Positions 12,378 through 25,820 of a DNA stretch of 64,000 nucleotides are shown in pieces. Origin of the DNA: Chiloscyllium plagiosum (lineage: Eukaryota). A program made the position numbers and the translations under genes. Each line of letters begins with the position of its first letter. The first letter of the stretch is position 1. The notes under the pieces were generated by a model. That model was not told the DNA's origin and searched no databases. It worked only from the letters and a program-made list of their open reading frames with translations. Location of the stretch: assembly GCF_004010195.1 (NCBI RefSeq), contig NC_057718.1:94026039-94090038 (forward strand), given 5' to 3'.

Positions 12378-14420
12378 AGAACACAGCAAAGTACAGTACA
12401 GAACAGGCCCTTAGGCCCACGATGTTGTGCCGAGGTTTAATTCTAATGTGAAATATAGTAACTTAACCTACGCACCCCTCAACTCACTGCTATCCATGTG
12501 CATGTCCAGCAGTCACTTAAATGTCCCCAATGACTTCGCTTCCACCACCTCAACTGGCAACACATTCCATGCATTCACAACTCTCTGCGTAAAGAACTAC
12601 CTCTGATGTCTCTTTTATACCTTCCTCCGAATATCTTCAAACTTTGACTTCTCATACCAGTTAATCCTGTCCTGGGGAAATGTCTCTGGCTGTTGACTCT
12701 ATCTATTCCTCTCATTATTTTGTACACCTCAATCAGGTCTCCTTTCTTCCTCCTTCTCTCCAGAGAGAAACATCTGAGCTTATTCAACATTTCTTCATAT
12801 GGCAAGCCCTCCAATCCAGGCAGCATCCTGGTAAACATTCTTTGCACCCTCTTCAAAGCCTCTGTATCTTTCCTATAGTAGGGCGACAAGAACTGGACAC
12901 AATATTCCAAGTGTGGTCTCACCAGGGTCTTGTAGAGCTGCAGCAAAACCTCGCGGCTCTTAAACTCGATACCCCTGTTAATGAAAGCCAAAACACCATG
13001 TGCTTTCTTAACAACCCTATCCACTTGGATGGCAACTTTGAGGGATCTATGTACTTGCACACCAAGATCCCTCTGTTCCTCCACTCTGCCAAGAATCCTG
13101 CCTTTAATCCTATATTCAGCATTCGAGTTCGACCTTCCCAAAATGCATCACTTTGCATTTATCCAGGTTGAATTCCATCTGCCAATTCACAGTCCAGCTC
13201 TGCATTCTGTCTATGTCACGCTGCAGCCTGCAGTAGCCCTCTATACTATCGACGAAACCTCCAACCTTTGTGTCATCTGCAAATTTACTGACCCATCCCT
13301 CAACCTCCTCATCCAAGTCATTTATAAAAACTACAAAGAGCAGAGGCCCAAGAACAGAGCCCTGCGGGACCCCATTCAACACTGTCCTGCATGCAGAATA
13401 TTTTCCATCTACAACCACTCTCTGCCTTCTGTCAGCCAACCAATTCTGAATCCAGATAGCCAAATCTCCCTGTATCCCATACTTCCTGACTTTAGGAATG
13501 AGCCTACTATGGGGAACCCTATCAAATGCCTTGCTGAAATCCATATACACCATATCCACTACTCGACTGTCATCGACCTGTCTTGACACCTCCTCAAAGA
13601 ACTCATAAAGATTTGTGAGGCAAGACCTGCTGACTGCCTTTAATCATACTATGCTTTGACAAATAGTCATAAATCCTATCCCTCAGAATNNNNNNNNNNN
13701 NNNNNNNNNNNNNNNNNNNNNNNNNNNNNNNNNNNNNNNNNNNNNNNNNNNNNNNNNNNNNNNNNNNNNNNNNNNNNNNNNNNNNNNNNNNNNNNNNNNN
13801 NNNNNNNNNNNNNNNNNNNNNNNNNNNNNNNNNNNNNNNNNNNNNNNNNNNNNNNNNNNNNNNNNNNNNNNNNNNNNNNNNNNNNNNNNNNNNNNNNNNN
13901 NNNNNNNNNNNNNNNNNNNNNNNNNNNNNNNNNNNNNNNNNNNNNNNNNNNNNNNNNNNNNNNNNNNNNNNNNNNNNNNNNNNNNNNNNNNNNNNNNNNN
14001 NNNNNNNNNNNNNNNNNNNNNNNNNNNNNNNNNNNNNNNNNNNNNNNNNNNNNNNNNNNNNNNNNNNNNNNNNNNNNNNNNNNNNNNNNNNNNNNNNNNN
14101 NNNNNNNNNNNNNNNNNNNNNNNNNNNNNNNNNNNNNNNNNNNNNNNNNNNNNNNNNNNNNNNNNNNNNNNNNNNNNNNNNNNNNNNNNTTTTTGTAGCT
14201 GTGATGCACTCTCTGATTAGCAGTGCTACACCCTCTCCTCTTTTTCCACCCTCCCTGTTCTTTTTAAACGTTCTAAACCCCTGGAACATCAAGCAACCAT
14301 TCCTGCCCCTGTGAAACCCATGTCTCTATTATGGCCACAACATTGTAGCCACAAGTACTGATCCATACTCTAAGTTCATCACTCTTATTCCAGACACTCC
14401 TTGCATTAAAGCAGACACAC
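12378..14420 (-). mobile_element. CR1 LINE with reverse-transcriptase core, spanning an assembly gap
   Basis: RT motifs VYMDFSKAFD, GVPQGSVLGP and SKFADD (ORF 13116-13589), C-terminus (12575-13141) and endonuclease remnant GEGVALLIRE. Confidence 0.92.
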
Positions 14421-14999
14421 TTTATGACAATTAATTCTGTTAGTAAGGCTAGCTTTATATTTCATAGTTTTGTGAATGAAATCAGAATCCCGCCAGGTAA
14501 CTTGTTGGGATTTGAACCCAATTCACTGGAGCATCATCCAGGTCTTAGTGATTACTAGACTTTGTCACTGTCGCCCCTTCTGTTGTGGGATTTATGGTGT
14601 GGATAAATTAACAAATAACTGGCAAAGAAGACGCATGAAGAAAAAGTACTTGTGGCCATTATGTAGAGTCACAAAATTATAGTGTTGTCACACCAGTGTA
14701 ACTATGTCATAGTCATAGAGATGTACAGTACGGAAATAGACCCTTCGATATCCTTAACATATTTTGAATTATAATGAGTTTGAGAACTTTTCTTTTGATT
14801 CTCAGGTCAGCCAGTTGTTTAGCTCATCACTATCTCAGAGATCCTGATGTCGCACAATACTAAATGGCAGAGCACACTCAAAGGGCCAATTGGTCTACTC
14901 CTGCTACTTTCTTCTGTGTTTCCTGCTCATACATTTCCAATACTGTCCTCATACAAATTTCTTTCGTCAAGATTTTGGTCATTTGCCCTGATATCTTCT

Positions 15000-15510
15000 C
15001 ACCTGCAGGAAGGATGTTGTGAAACTTGAAAAAGTTCAGAAACAATTTACAAGGTTGTCACCAGGGTTGGAGGGTCTGAGCTACAGGGAAAGGCTGAATA
15101 GGTTGTTTTCCTTGGAGCACCCCCTGGAGGCTGATGGGTGACCTTATAAATGTTTATGAAATCATGAGGGGCACGGCTAGTGTAACTCGACAAAGTCTTT
15201 TCCCTGGGTTGGAAGAGTCCAGAACAAGAGGGCATAGGTTTAAGGTGAGAGGGGAAAGATTTAAAAGGGATCTAAGGGACAACTTTTTCACGCAGAGGGT
15301 GGTGCGTGTATGGAATGAGCTGCCAGAGGAAGTAGTGGAGGCTGGTACAATTGCAACGTTTAAGGCATCTGGATGGGTAAGGTGAATAGGAAGGGTTCAG
15401 AAGGATATAGGCCAAATGCTGGTGAATGGGACTAGATTAATTTAGGACATCAGGTTGGCATGGATGTGTTAGACTGAAGGGTCTGTTTCTGTGTTGACTC
15501 TATGACTCCA
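15000..15510 (+). mobile_element. CR1 LINE 3' fragment
   Basis: FTQRVVRVWNELPEEVVEAG with a CTATGACT tail. Confidence 0.88.
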
Positions 15511-16963
15511 TGTGGCTCTGTATCAACTGTTCTTTGATAGGGTTCCCATTCCATCAGTTAGGATGTCTTGCAAGATTAAAGTTAACATATAAATAAATTC
15601 ACAATATCATTATAAAGTTTCTTTCTAAGCCAAAATTGGTCCACCTGTTCGAGAGTTAAAGAGGATTTCAGCACAGAACCAGAACATTTGGCCCATTAAG
15701 TCATACTTTGACTCTATCTCTGATGAAACCTATGTAAAAGCACCTTGTGTATATTAAAGGTCAATGGATAATGTGTATCAGTCACATGGCTCTGATGCTT
15801 TGTTCTCATTTTCTTTTAATTACATCACATTATATGCTGAAAGCACAACGCAGGTGATTTCAACTGTATAGTGTTCATGTGCACCAAATTTACATCATGA
15901 CCCAAATTAACATTGGTCTGTGAATAAATACGTAACTGAAAATTGAATTAAATTGTTTAAAATGAAAATAATTCACAATAGATTGGTTCCGAATCAAAAG
16001 ATCTACATCTGGATTCGCGTTTTTGCTTTAAATGTAAATATAAAATAGACTTTATAATGAATTTAATATGGTGGTGATAAGGAGATTAATCTCCTTGATA
16101 ACAGACTGCAAATAAGTCTAATGCGCCCATGGTTCAAACAAGGGTTTCTGTTTATTGGGAACAGGCGAGAGATGAATGGCTTGTTAAACATTGCCAACAT
16201 ACTTGCTTGGTGCCATTCAACGGTCACAGCAAGTGGAAACAAGGAACTTGCGTTCTACACCCATTTGCTAATTCAGTCCAACTTTGTTTCTCTATCTTAT
16301 CTCTTCACCTTCTTTACCTCAGTGTGATTGCATACTTTTAATGCTCTTTGTCTCCGCTGAGTACCTCCAGCTCTGATCAGTGTGAAAATAAATGGACAAC
16401 TTGCCCATATGTATTTATGAGCTTTTATTGATTGATTGTTTCACTGCATTTTACTGGTTATAAAGTTATATTATCATGGACGTTTAACCAGGCGAACACT
16501 GTAAAAGACAAGAATTTCCATTCGAACATTAGTAAGCCTCCCGGTGGCAACTTGGGGTGGAAACAAGTTAATCATTCACCTCTGTTGGATTGTGAAGGCT
16601 TTCAGAACACTTGGCTGACATATGCTTTATCTTCATATGTTTGTCTTTATTGTAAATATAACATGAAAAAGGACAGGCCAAAAATTCCAAATTTTAAATG
16701 ACCTATTTGGTCTGGACTTGAATGGTTACCTCATCACTTAGACGCGATCAGCCCAATGCATTGGAACCCCACTCCAACACGATCCATGTATTGAGACTGT
16801 GTTTTAAGCTAGACCGTATTATTCATAGTTGGTGCCCATTAATGGTCCTGCAAGTGCAAGCGGCAATATTGTGTACCTATCCCCATTATTTCCTGTCCTT
16901 AAGTCTTCAAAATAAATGAATAAAACAGGCATTGTGTAAAACCAAAACTAGATAATTGAAGGC

Positions 16964-17095
16964 AAACTAAAACAAAGACCTGCAGATGGCGGAGATCTGA
17001 AACTAAAACAGAAATTGCTGGAGAAACACAACAGGTCTGGCAAGATCTGTGAGAAGAGAGTTAACATTTCAAGTCCAGTGACTCTTCGCCAGAAT
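16964..17095 (-). mobile_element. Single-arm PLE-hammerhead element (family C), decayed
   Basis: CTGCAGATGGCGGAGATCTGAAAC...GAGTTAACATTTC...TCTTCGCCAGAA matches the family C arm plus tail. Confidence 0.65.
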
Positions 17096-17349
17096 AACTA
17101 ATTGAAAAGCTATGGGTGGCTGTGATTGTTGGCTGTATTTGCAGAGTGAAGATTCTGTGATTCAAGACACATACTGAAGTCTGGGCCATTGCAGACTGTA
17201 TTATGGTAGGGCTCAGGCATACACACATTCTTGGTTGGCTTGCTTTTTTTGAAAGAGCATCATGGTGACCTACAAATACTGAGAGAGAAAGTATCTTTGC
17301 ATTTGATATCCTCACTTAATTGTCAATCTTTACATCACAATCTCGCCTC

Positions 17350-17715
17350 TTATTCAGAAGATTATACATTCAGGACCCAATCTAGGAACTTGAACACAGC
17401 ACCAAGGGAGTGTTGTACTGCCAAGGTTACTGGTTTGCACAGAAAACTTACAAACAAGACTCTACCTCCTTCTCAGATGAATTAAAAGAAGATCAGAGGA
17501 ATTCTCCCTGTTGTCCAAGCCATCCAATAAATTTTACTAATTATCTGCCCATTTATTTCTTTGTTGATTGAGAAAGCTTGTTGTGTTCAAATTAGCTCAC
17601 GTATTGCTTACATTAAAAGAATGATTACTCCTCAATAGTATGCCATTGGCTGTAAGGTGCTTTGGGATGTCTTGAGGATATGGAATTTTTACATGTAAAT
17701 GCAACTCTATTTCTT
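17350..17715 (+). mobile_element. DeuSINE (SacSINE1-like) relic
   Basis: Deu-like core and L2-type tail GCTTTGGGATGTCTTGAGG...TAAATGCAA. Confidence 0.55.
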
Positions 17716-17806
17716 TTTATGCTCTGTGGCCTGTTATAGACTCACTCCATACATTGGCAAATGATGAAGAAGCAACTCTTGTACACTTACATTTCAATGA
17801 AATTTG

Positions 17807-18195
17807 GTCTGATGAAAATAGGTTAATTGCAATATAAAACTTCCTTCTGCTCAGCCCTAACCTCAGCGTAGCACTCTCTATTGGATCAATATTACATTTT
17901 TCTGCATCAGTAGTGTCCTTTTTAGCTGAGATTCACAATACTGCCAAATGGCCTTTTCATTTCCTATCTCTAGAGTCCTCTTCAATCTTCATTTTGGGTA
18001 CTGGAGAACTTTACAATTGACCAAAGAGAAGGAAATGCTATTGTTTCTGTCTGCCTCCACCACAGAGGTGTATCAAGCTGTAGCACTATCCTGGTCCCTC
18101 ATCTCATCCTGGAATTGAAATCCATCCTTGGCAAAAGTGCAAAGTGAACATCAAACTGACCATCTTATAGTGGTGTAAAACTGGCTGCGGATGTT
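17807..18195. repeat. Copy 1 of a 389-bp direct duplication
   Basis: Matches 18994-19382 with 3 substitutions. Confidence 0.92.
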
Positions 18196-18258
18196 GCTGT
18201 GGAGCACCTGTTTTCTAACTAGATCTTGAATAGTTAGCAGTCTAGATAAGACATTCAT

Positions 18259-18400
18259 ATTGATATTCATAGGTTTGCTTTCCGAATGTGTTTTGCTTCA
18301 TGTTTCAGGTTCAATGTCTGAGCATAGAGGAATCTCAAAACCTGAAAACAAAGTCTAGATGGATGGAGTTGGAGTTGAAGCTGTTTATTGGTGTAACCAA
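18259..18400. repeat. Arm 1 of an older inverted duplication
   Basis: About 85-90% identical to the reverse complement of 19397-19532. Confidence 0.85.
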
Positions 18401-18993
18401 CTAATGTAAAACAGTGGCTAGAACTTCAATATTGTGTACCTATCCCCTTCTAGATAAGAAGTTGGCAGTTTTGTGGTCGTGCATTTTTCTGCTGTTGAGT
18501 TAGTTCATGCGAAAGGAAATGGTCAGCCTTCTGATTGGGGCGGTTCCATCCATCCCATGCCCATTTGTTCAGGATGTTGGGCAGCTCTATTCAATCCATG
18601 ACTTCCCGTTGGGAAAAGATCTTGTACAAATGGTGTGGCTGTTATCCCGGTAACCTGGGTTAATCAGAAGTTCTAACGGTAAAATAATGTATTGGTAGTA
18701 CACAACACAAACATTGTTAAAAAGAGGCACAGAGTCGAAGTTTTTCATCTCACAGCCATCAGGAGCAGCATGCAAGAAATCAAACTTTGAAAGGGAACAC
18801 CAATTTAAACAGCATGAGAAGAAGGTGTTGATTGCATGAATCATGGCTAGCATGGAGAATCAGGATGATTTGTTAACTGGCAACCTCAGTTAGCTAATTG
18901 ATCTCAAGCCAAGCAGCATTCCTCCAGGTAATGTATTAAAATGTTGGAGCATATCATTTTATTTCCATTTAACATGAGGATCCATCATTTTAA

Positions 18994-19382
18994 GTCTGAT
19001 GAAAATAGGTTAATTGCAATATAAAACTTCCTTCTGCTCAGCCCTAACCTCAGCGTAGCACTCTCTATTGGATCAATATTACATTTTTCTGCACCAGTAG
19101 TGTCCTTTTTAGCTGAGATTCACAATACTGCCAAATGGCCTTTTCATTTCCAATCTCTAGAGTCCTCTTCAATCTTCATTTTGGGTACTGGAGAACTTTA
19201 CAATTGACCAAAGAGAAGGAAATGCTATTGTTTCTGTCTGCCTCCACCACAGAGGTGTATCAAGCTGTAGCACTATCCTGGTCCCTCATCTCATCCTGGA
19301 ATTGAAATCCATCCTTGGCAAAACTGCAAAGTGAACATCAAACTGACCATCTTATAGTGGTGTAAAACTGGCTGCGGATGTT
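18994..19382. repeat. Copy 2 of the 389-bp direct duplication
   Basis: Matches 17807-18195. Confidence 0.92.
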
Positions 19383-19396
19383 CTAGAGGTTATTCC

Positions 19397-19532
19397 TTGG
19401 TTACATGAACAAACAACTTCAACTCCATCCACCTGGACTTTGTTTTCAGGCTTTGAGATTCCTCCATGCTCAGACATTGAGCTTGAAACATGAAGCAAAA
19501 CACATTCGGAAAGCCAGCCTCTGAATATCAAT
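19397..19532. repeat. Arm 2 of the older inverted duplication
   Basis: Reverse complement of 18259-18400. Confidence 0.85.
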
Positions 19533-19716
19533 TGTCTGCCCCTGTGCTAAGGTGCACTTTTCACATTCCAAACATGTGGAATTTCCTGAGGGAAATGGGC
19601 ATTGGATGTGAGATGGTGAGAGGGAGTAGTGATGAGGTATTGCTTCCAATGTTGGCTGAAACTCTTGTTAAGGATATGGACAACCTATTTCTATTCCATA
19701 GAAACTCACGATAGAT

Positions 19717-20542
19717 TGTTATGGACCAGATCAAATCCCCTCAAAATATATTAAGAAGATAGTCTCGACCCTACCATTTTCTCATTTAAAGGTAAGTTTA
19801 AGGCATTGTGCTACAGATGCATTTCAATTGGTCAAACAACCAGACTTGGAACAAAACATAGGTAAAAGTGAGGACTGCAGATGCTGGAAACCAGAGTTTA
19901 GATTAGAGTGGTGCTGGAAAAGGACAGCAGGTCAGGTAGCATCCAAGGAGCAGGAAATTCAACGTTCCAGATGAAGGGCTTGGATGCTGCCTGACCTGCT
20001 GTGCTTTTCCAGCACCACTCTAATTGGAACAAAACATACTTTATTCATGCACTATAATTAAAATACAGACAAAATAAAAATGGAGGAATTACCTAAACTG
20101 TAACTCTATTGAAATGTTTAACAAAATAAAAATATTAACTACTACTAATTAACTTTTCCACTATATTACCATTCCACAAGCACACCCTTGGCAAAGGCAA
20201 ATTCAGTAAAATAGAGTCTCTCGCATACAATTCTAGCAGCAGGAAAAGAACGCCAACTTTTCGTTGTAACAGAGAGAGGAATAAGAGCTTCCACATCCAA
20301 CTTCAAGACACCAGCAATTGCTACCTAAGGCTAAAAGTAAAAATAATTCTGATTCTGTGGGAGCATGACCCCATGCGTTCAGGCTGCTTCTATTATTCCA
20401 ACTTTTAAAAATAACCCAAGGGTCTCACAAGGTGTTTACTTTATTGGCTTTGGAGTGGACTGATCCACACCTCTGTCTCAAACGTTCATCATTAAAACAA
20501 AACAGGACAAAATACAATTCTTAAAGCCATAGTAATATCACA
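19717..20542 (-). mobile_element. Probable solo LTR containing a PLE insertion
   Basis: TGTTAT...ATCACA termini, flanks AGAT/GGAT, minus-strand AATAAA near 20040. Confidence 0.45.
19861..20023 (-). mobile_element. PLE-derived fold-back element (family B-related) with deleted centre
   Basis: Inverted arms ATTAGAGTGGTGCTGGAAAAG / CTTTTCCAGCACCACTCTAAT. Perfect 15-bp TSD TTGGAACAAAACATA 19846-19860 / 20024-20038. Confidence 0.85.
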
Positions 20543-21519
20543 GGATGATGACCAGAACTCCCAATGCAAATTAATAATGCTCTTTGTATATTGGTCCACT
20601 TTGTAGCAGGTGCTGCTGCTTATACAAACCACCTGCTAGATTCGTAAACAGAATAAAAACATAATGTCTGCATTCAAAGTGCAATAATGCATCATAGATC
20701 ACAGCTGCTATTAAATTTGTCATAGCTTTTAGTTTATTAAAGGGAATCTCGAACAGGAAATATTGCAAACACAGTCCCACATGTGCATAGGTTAAAATTC
20801 CATTCAAGCCAATTAGGAGCAAGCTATATCTAAAAATTGTCCCCATTAACCTTTTCAGGATTTCATGTATTTATTATACTTTATATATTTTCTGAGATTA
20901 TTCTTGTCACTTATTTAAGTATCAACCTTGAACTTTTTTTAGAGTGAGCAAAATGTATTTGTTTCTGCTGCAAAACACATAGACTAACCTGGACAAATTT
21001 TATAACTTACAAGTGAGAATTAGTGAGGAGCATCATTAAAAACAAGCAAGCTGTGCACCACCAATAAAATGTGAAATATTTCTTGAGTTTGTTTGAGTTT
21101 CAGTCGTGCCAGGTGTACCTGGTTTAATTTCTCCCAGCTCATGACCATCCACTCAAGAAAGGTTGTGGTACATTGTGGTATCTTCCTGTTGTTTTTTGCA
21201 GAGATCAGTCCCTGTCTTTCTGTATCATTCATTTACAGTTTAATCATCAACATGAAAGGCCTTCTGTCAGCTCCCTTCAATAACATTTAATTTCCTTCCT
21301 CCCCCACACACATTACCTGATCATTGGATATGTAATAGACCCAGAGAATCTTTTCACCCATCTGGCCTTGAATAATAAAGATAAATAAAACCAGGTGAAA
21401 AAAAAATTCTCAATTCTAAAGAACTGCACATTTTACAATGCATTTCCTGCCTGCTGAGTGTGTACAATGAAAATTTGAGCAGTGACTGTTTCGTCAGGTA
21501 GTTTTCTTGTTATAGCAGT

Positions 21520-21543
21520 CAAGATAAAGTCACCAGAGGACAT

Positions 21544-21587
<44 letters not shown>

Positions 21588-21762
21588 CAGAGAACTGGTG
21601 GTGGTTTAACCTAAGCGAGGTTTAACCTAACCACCACATCTCAAGCGAGGTGTACAATTTGAGAAACAAAGTCCTTCATGGTCACCCGAACTAGTGGGGG
21701 TATTGAATCCACACTGTTGGTTGTACTCTACATTGTAAACCAAACATCAGATAACTGACCCC
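21520..21762 (-). mobile_element. tRNA-derived SINE (same family as 3875-4185) with an (AG)n expansion at 21545-21590
   Basis: Shared blocks AACTGGTGGT and AGTCCTTCATGGT, plus a B-box-like ATTGAATCC. Confidence 0.6.
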
Positions 21763-21924
21763 ATTGTATAGTAAAAAGCAGAAGGTGGTTTACTCACTAT
21801 TCAGTCACCAGATGTTCACATACAACACATTCAAGTTTGTGAATGTCATATTGGGCTGGAATGACTGGAGCAAGACTACATTGCCTGTCTTGATCCAGAA
21901 CAGTCAGATTTCATCTGTCAACTA

Positions 21925-22240
21925 GGTGGCACAGTGGCTCAGTGGTTAACACTGTTGCCTCACAGCACCAGGGACCTGGGTTCGCTTCCAGCCTCAGGGC
22001 ACTATCTGTAGAGAGTTTGCACATTCTCCTTGTGTCTGTGTGGGTTTCCTCTGGGTGCTCCTGTTTCCTCCCACAATCCAAAGATGTGCTAAATTACCCA
22101 TAGTGTTCACAGATGTATAGGTAGGTGCATTAGTCATGAGTAAATGTAGAGTAACAGGGTCTGGGTGGGTTACTCTTTGGAGGGTCAGTATGGACTTGTT
22201 GGGTCAAATGGCCTGTTTCCACATTGTACGGATTCTATGA
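21925..22240 (+). mobile_element. HE1-type SINE
   Basis: GGTGGCACAGTGGCTCAGTGG...GGATTCTATGA. Confidence 0.87.
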
Positions 22241-23236
22241 TGACTTCACCCAGCATGCTCTTACTGAATGAAGTCTCCCCCACACACAGGTTTCCTGACA
22301 GTCATCTTTTAAAATAATTGCTAGAATTTGTGAATAAATGCTGCAGAGAGGGCCAATGGCTCAGTACAATGTTTGCTTTAAAGAGACCCTACAGTCACAT
22401 TGTTGAATTGGTCATCTATGTTAGACAGGCTAATTTCAGTCTGTGTGGTTACAGAAACACTGCATTTGTTTCAAATCCATTAACAAGGCAAAAGAAATAT
22501 CCTACGATGTGTTCCTGTTCATGATCGGCATCCTGAAACAACTCATGGAAAGTTTGTTTGTGAATTCAGACAAATGGATCAGAGTAATGCCAAGTGGTCT
22601 TAATCTTAATTTTTCAAATGGGTACTACTTGAGCCCAAAGATGAAATATGGTCATTTGGAGGAGGTTACTGGTACCTGGAACAATATCCCCTCATGAGTC
22701 ATTATCCCAGCAACAAGTAATATTTATATAGCAGTTTTTAATGTAATTAAACTTCCCAAATGCTTCCTAGGAACATGACAACTCAAAATCTAGCACAGAG
22801 CCACATGAGGAAATGATAAGCCAGGTGGCCACGCGTTGCCGAAAGGGTAGATTTTTAGGAGTGTCCTAAACAAGAAATGTGAGGTAGATAGGCATTGAGG
22901 TAGAGTCAAGGTATTTTCAAAGCATCAGATCTAGCAAACTGAAGGCAAATCCTCAGAGTGAATCACACTGCATGGAGAAATGTTGAATTCTGTTGCACTT
23001 TCTGCAATTTTTCAATGGGATGTTTTGCCCTTGGGTTATATACTGAAAATGGAATGTATATGTTGAATATCAACTGTATTAAGGAATTTCAGAGGGGAAT
23101 GTATTTTATGGGGAGAGGTTTTAATTTTGTTGCAACTTCTATAATTTGCAACTCAAAATATTTTGTCATCTACTTTTACAGATTTTATGAGAAAGGTATA
23201 TTTTCAGAGAAAAGATGGTAGAGCTGATATAATGAG

Positions 23237-23812
23237 TTAAAAAATCACACAACACCAGGTTATAGTCCAACAGGTTTATTTGAAAGCACTAGTTTTCGGA
23301 GCGCTGCTCCTTCATCATGTGGTTGTGGACCATAAGATCGTAAGACACAGAATTTATGACAAAAGTGTACAGTGTGATGGAACTGAAATTATATATTGAA
23401 AAAGACCTGGATTGTGTGATAAGTCTTTAAGAACCATGTTGGTTTCAGTTCTTTCATCTCAGAATGTTTTTTAAAGTTACATTCTCAGATGAACTTTAAC
23501 AATAGGTGCCATGTTGGTCTAGATAATGCATTGAAGGTGTGAGGTGCACTGTGTGAGACTGTCTGTGCCCAATGTTCAGACCGATTCTAATCTAAAAAAG
23601 GGAGTTCCAGAATCTTACCTGGCTTTATGCAGTTTATGAGCAAAATAAAATGTAATCCTGCAAGTACAAATTCACCCCACAAACTTATATGTGCGTGCGT
23701 GCATGTGGGTGGGTGTGTGTATGTGTGGGAGGGTATGAGTGTCTGTGAGAGAGTGTGTGTTTGTGTGAGTGTGACTGTAAAGGAGTATAAGTCTGTTGGC
23801 GAGTGTGTGTCT
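23237..23812 (-). mobile_element. Penelope-like element 3' region (family A), single arm
   Basis: Homologous to the 42844-43336 arm. Mutated hammerhead at 23287-23321, (GT)n-rich end, possible TSD TATAATGAG/TATAATTAG. Confidence 0.8.
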
Positions 23813-24217
23813 ATTATAATTAGGAATGCTCAAGAGAACATCCTTTGGAAAAGAAGTAACACAGAAAGCAGAAGATGTAGTGGTATTGTCATAATATTAC
23901 TGCACTTGTAATCTGGAGCTCCCTGATCTATATTCTAGGGTGTATGGGTTCAAATCATGTCATAGTAGGTAATATCTGGGATAAAGTGCTGGTCTAATGG
24001 AAGTGTGTATTGCCTAGTGGCTGTTTGTCATTTTTCAATATCCTTGCAGGAAGGAGTCATCTGGCTCCAAATCCACAGCAATGTACTTGATTCTTAACTG
24101 CTCTCTGGCAATAGAGAATGGGTGATAAATCCTGGCCTTGCCATGAATGCACTGACCCAATGAATACAGAAGCAAATTGGCAAGCTGGATTAATAAATTG
24201 CATTTAATTCTGATCTC

Positions 24218-24695
24218 AGGGTTCAGAAAAGATTGCGAGGATGTTGCCAGGGTTGGAGGATTTGAGATATAGGGAGAGGATGAATAGGCTGGGGCTGTTT
24301 TCCCTGGAGCGTCAGAGGCTGAGGCATGACCTTATGGAGGTTTATAAAATCATAAGAGGCATGGATAGGGTAAATAGACAGTCTTTTCACTAGAGTGGGA
24401 AAGTCTAGAACTGGAGGCCATAGGTTTAGGGTGAGAGGGGAAAGATATAAAAGAGACCTAGGGGGCAACGTTTTCACGCAGAGGGTGGTACATGTTTGGA
24501 ATGAGCTAACAGAGGATGTGGTGGAGGCTAGGAAAATTGCAACATTTAAAAGGCATCTGGTTAGGTATATGAATAGGAAGAGTTTGGAGGGATATGGGCC
24601 ATGTGCTGGCAGGTGGGACTAGATTGGGTTGGGATATCTGGTTGGCATAAACAAGTTGGACCAAAGGGTCTGTTTCCATGCTGTACATCTCTATG
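24218..24695 (+). mobile_element. CR1 LINE 3' fragment
   Basis: SRTGGHRFRVRGERYKRDL...WNEL. Confidence 0.88.
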
Positions 24696-24859
24696 GCCCG
24701 ATGATTCAAAACTTTGTCCCTGTCTGGGCTGCTACACACGGGTTGCAAAAGCAAATAAATTTTGTTTCAAACACTCTAAAAACGTTTATAAAAATAAGTT
24801 CAAGGTTGATACTTAAAAGAGCAATAAGCAACAACGATAATTTCATCGACCATATATAA

Positions 24860-25820
24860 AGTCATGGAGGTCGACAGCACCACGAAAAGCCCTTTGGCCC
24901 ATTGAATCTGCATCAGTTAAAACAACCACCTGACTATGCTAATCCAATTTTCCAGCCCATGGCCCATGGTCTTCTATATCTTGGCATCACAAGTGTATGT
25001 TGAAAAGTTTCTGAAATTTTATGAGAGTTTCTGCCTCGACCTCCCATAGAGGCAGCGATTGCCAGATTCTCAGTGCCCGTCTGGATGAAAAGAAAATCTC
25101 TTTCAACCTCCTGCTCCTTACCTTAAAGCCATGCCCTCCTGGAGGTCATAGATCCCTCCATCAACAGGGCAAGCTTTTTCCTGTCTATCCATGACCCTTT
25201 AAATTACCTCTGCTTCAAGGAAAACACCCCCAGTCTATCCAAACTCTCTTTATAATGAAAACTCTCCAGCCCAGCAACAGATAGTAAATCTCCTCAGAAT
25301 CTTCACCTGTGGGAAGAATGGAGAACTTTGGAGAGAATGCAGAAGAGGTTTACCAGGATTCTGCCTGGATTAGAGGGAATGAGCTATAAGGAGAGTGTAG
25401 GAAAAACTCAGGGGTTGTTTTCTCCAGAGCAGCGGAGGCTGAGGGGAGACTTGATAGAAGATTATAAAACAATGAGATGCATCGATAGGGTTGGCGGTCA
25501 GATTCTTTTTCCCAGGATTGAAATGTCCAAGACGAGAGGGCATGCATTTAAGGTGAGAGGGGTGAACGTTCAAAGGAGATGTGAGGGGCAAGTTTTTTAC
25601 ACAGAGAGTGGTTGGAGTCTGGAATGTACTGCAAGGTGTGCCGCTGGAGGCAGATAATGATAGGGATGTTTAAGAGACTTTTAGTTCGGCACATGAATAT
25701 GCAAGGAATGGAGGGGTACAGACCACAGGCAGGCAGAAGCGATTAGTTTAATTTGGTAATCATGTTTGGCTCACCATTGTGGGCTGTAGGGCCTGTTCCT
25801 GTGCGCAATGTTCTATGTTT
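24860..25820. mobile_element. Two CR1 3' fragments in opposite orientation (24860-25300 minus, 25310-25820 plus)
   Basis: ERMQKRFTRILPGLEG on plus. CR1 tail reverse complement at 24860-24960. Confidence 0.75.

Noticed and set aside
21545..21630. (AG)n tract and short tandem GGTTTAACCTAA duplication
   Set aside because: Ordinary slippage inside a SINE.
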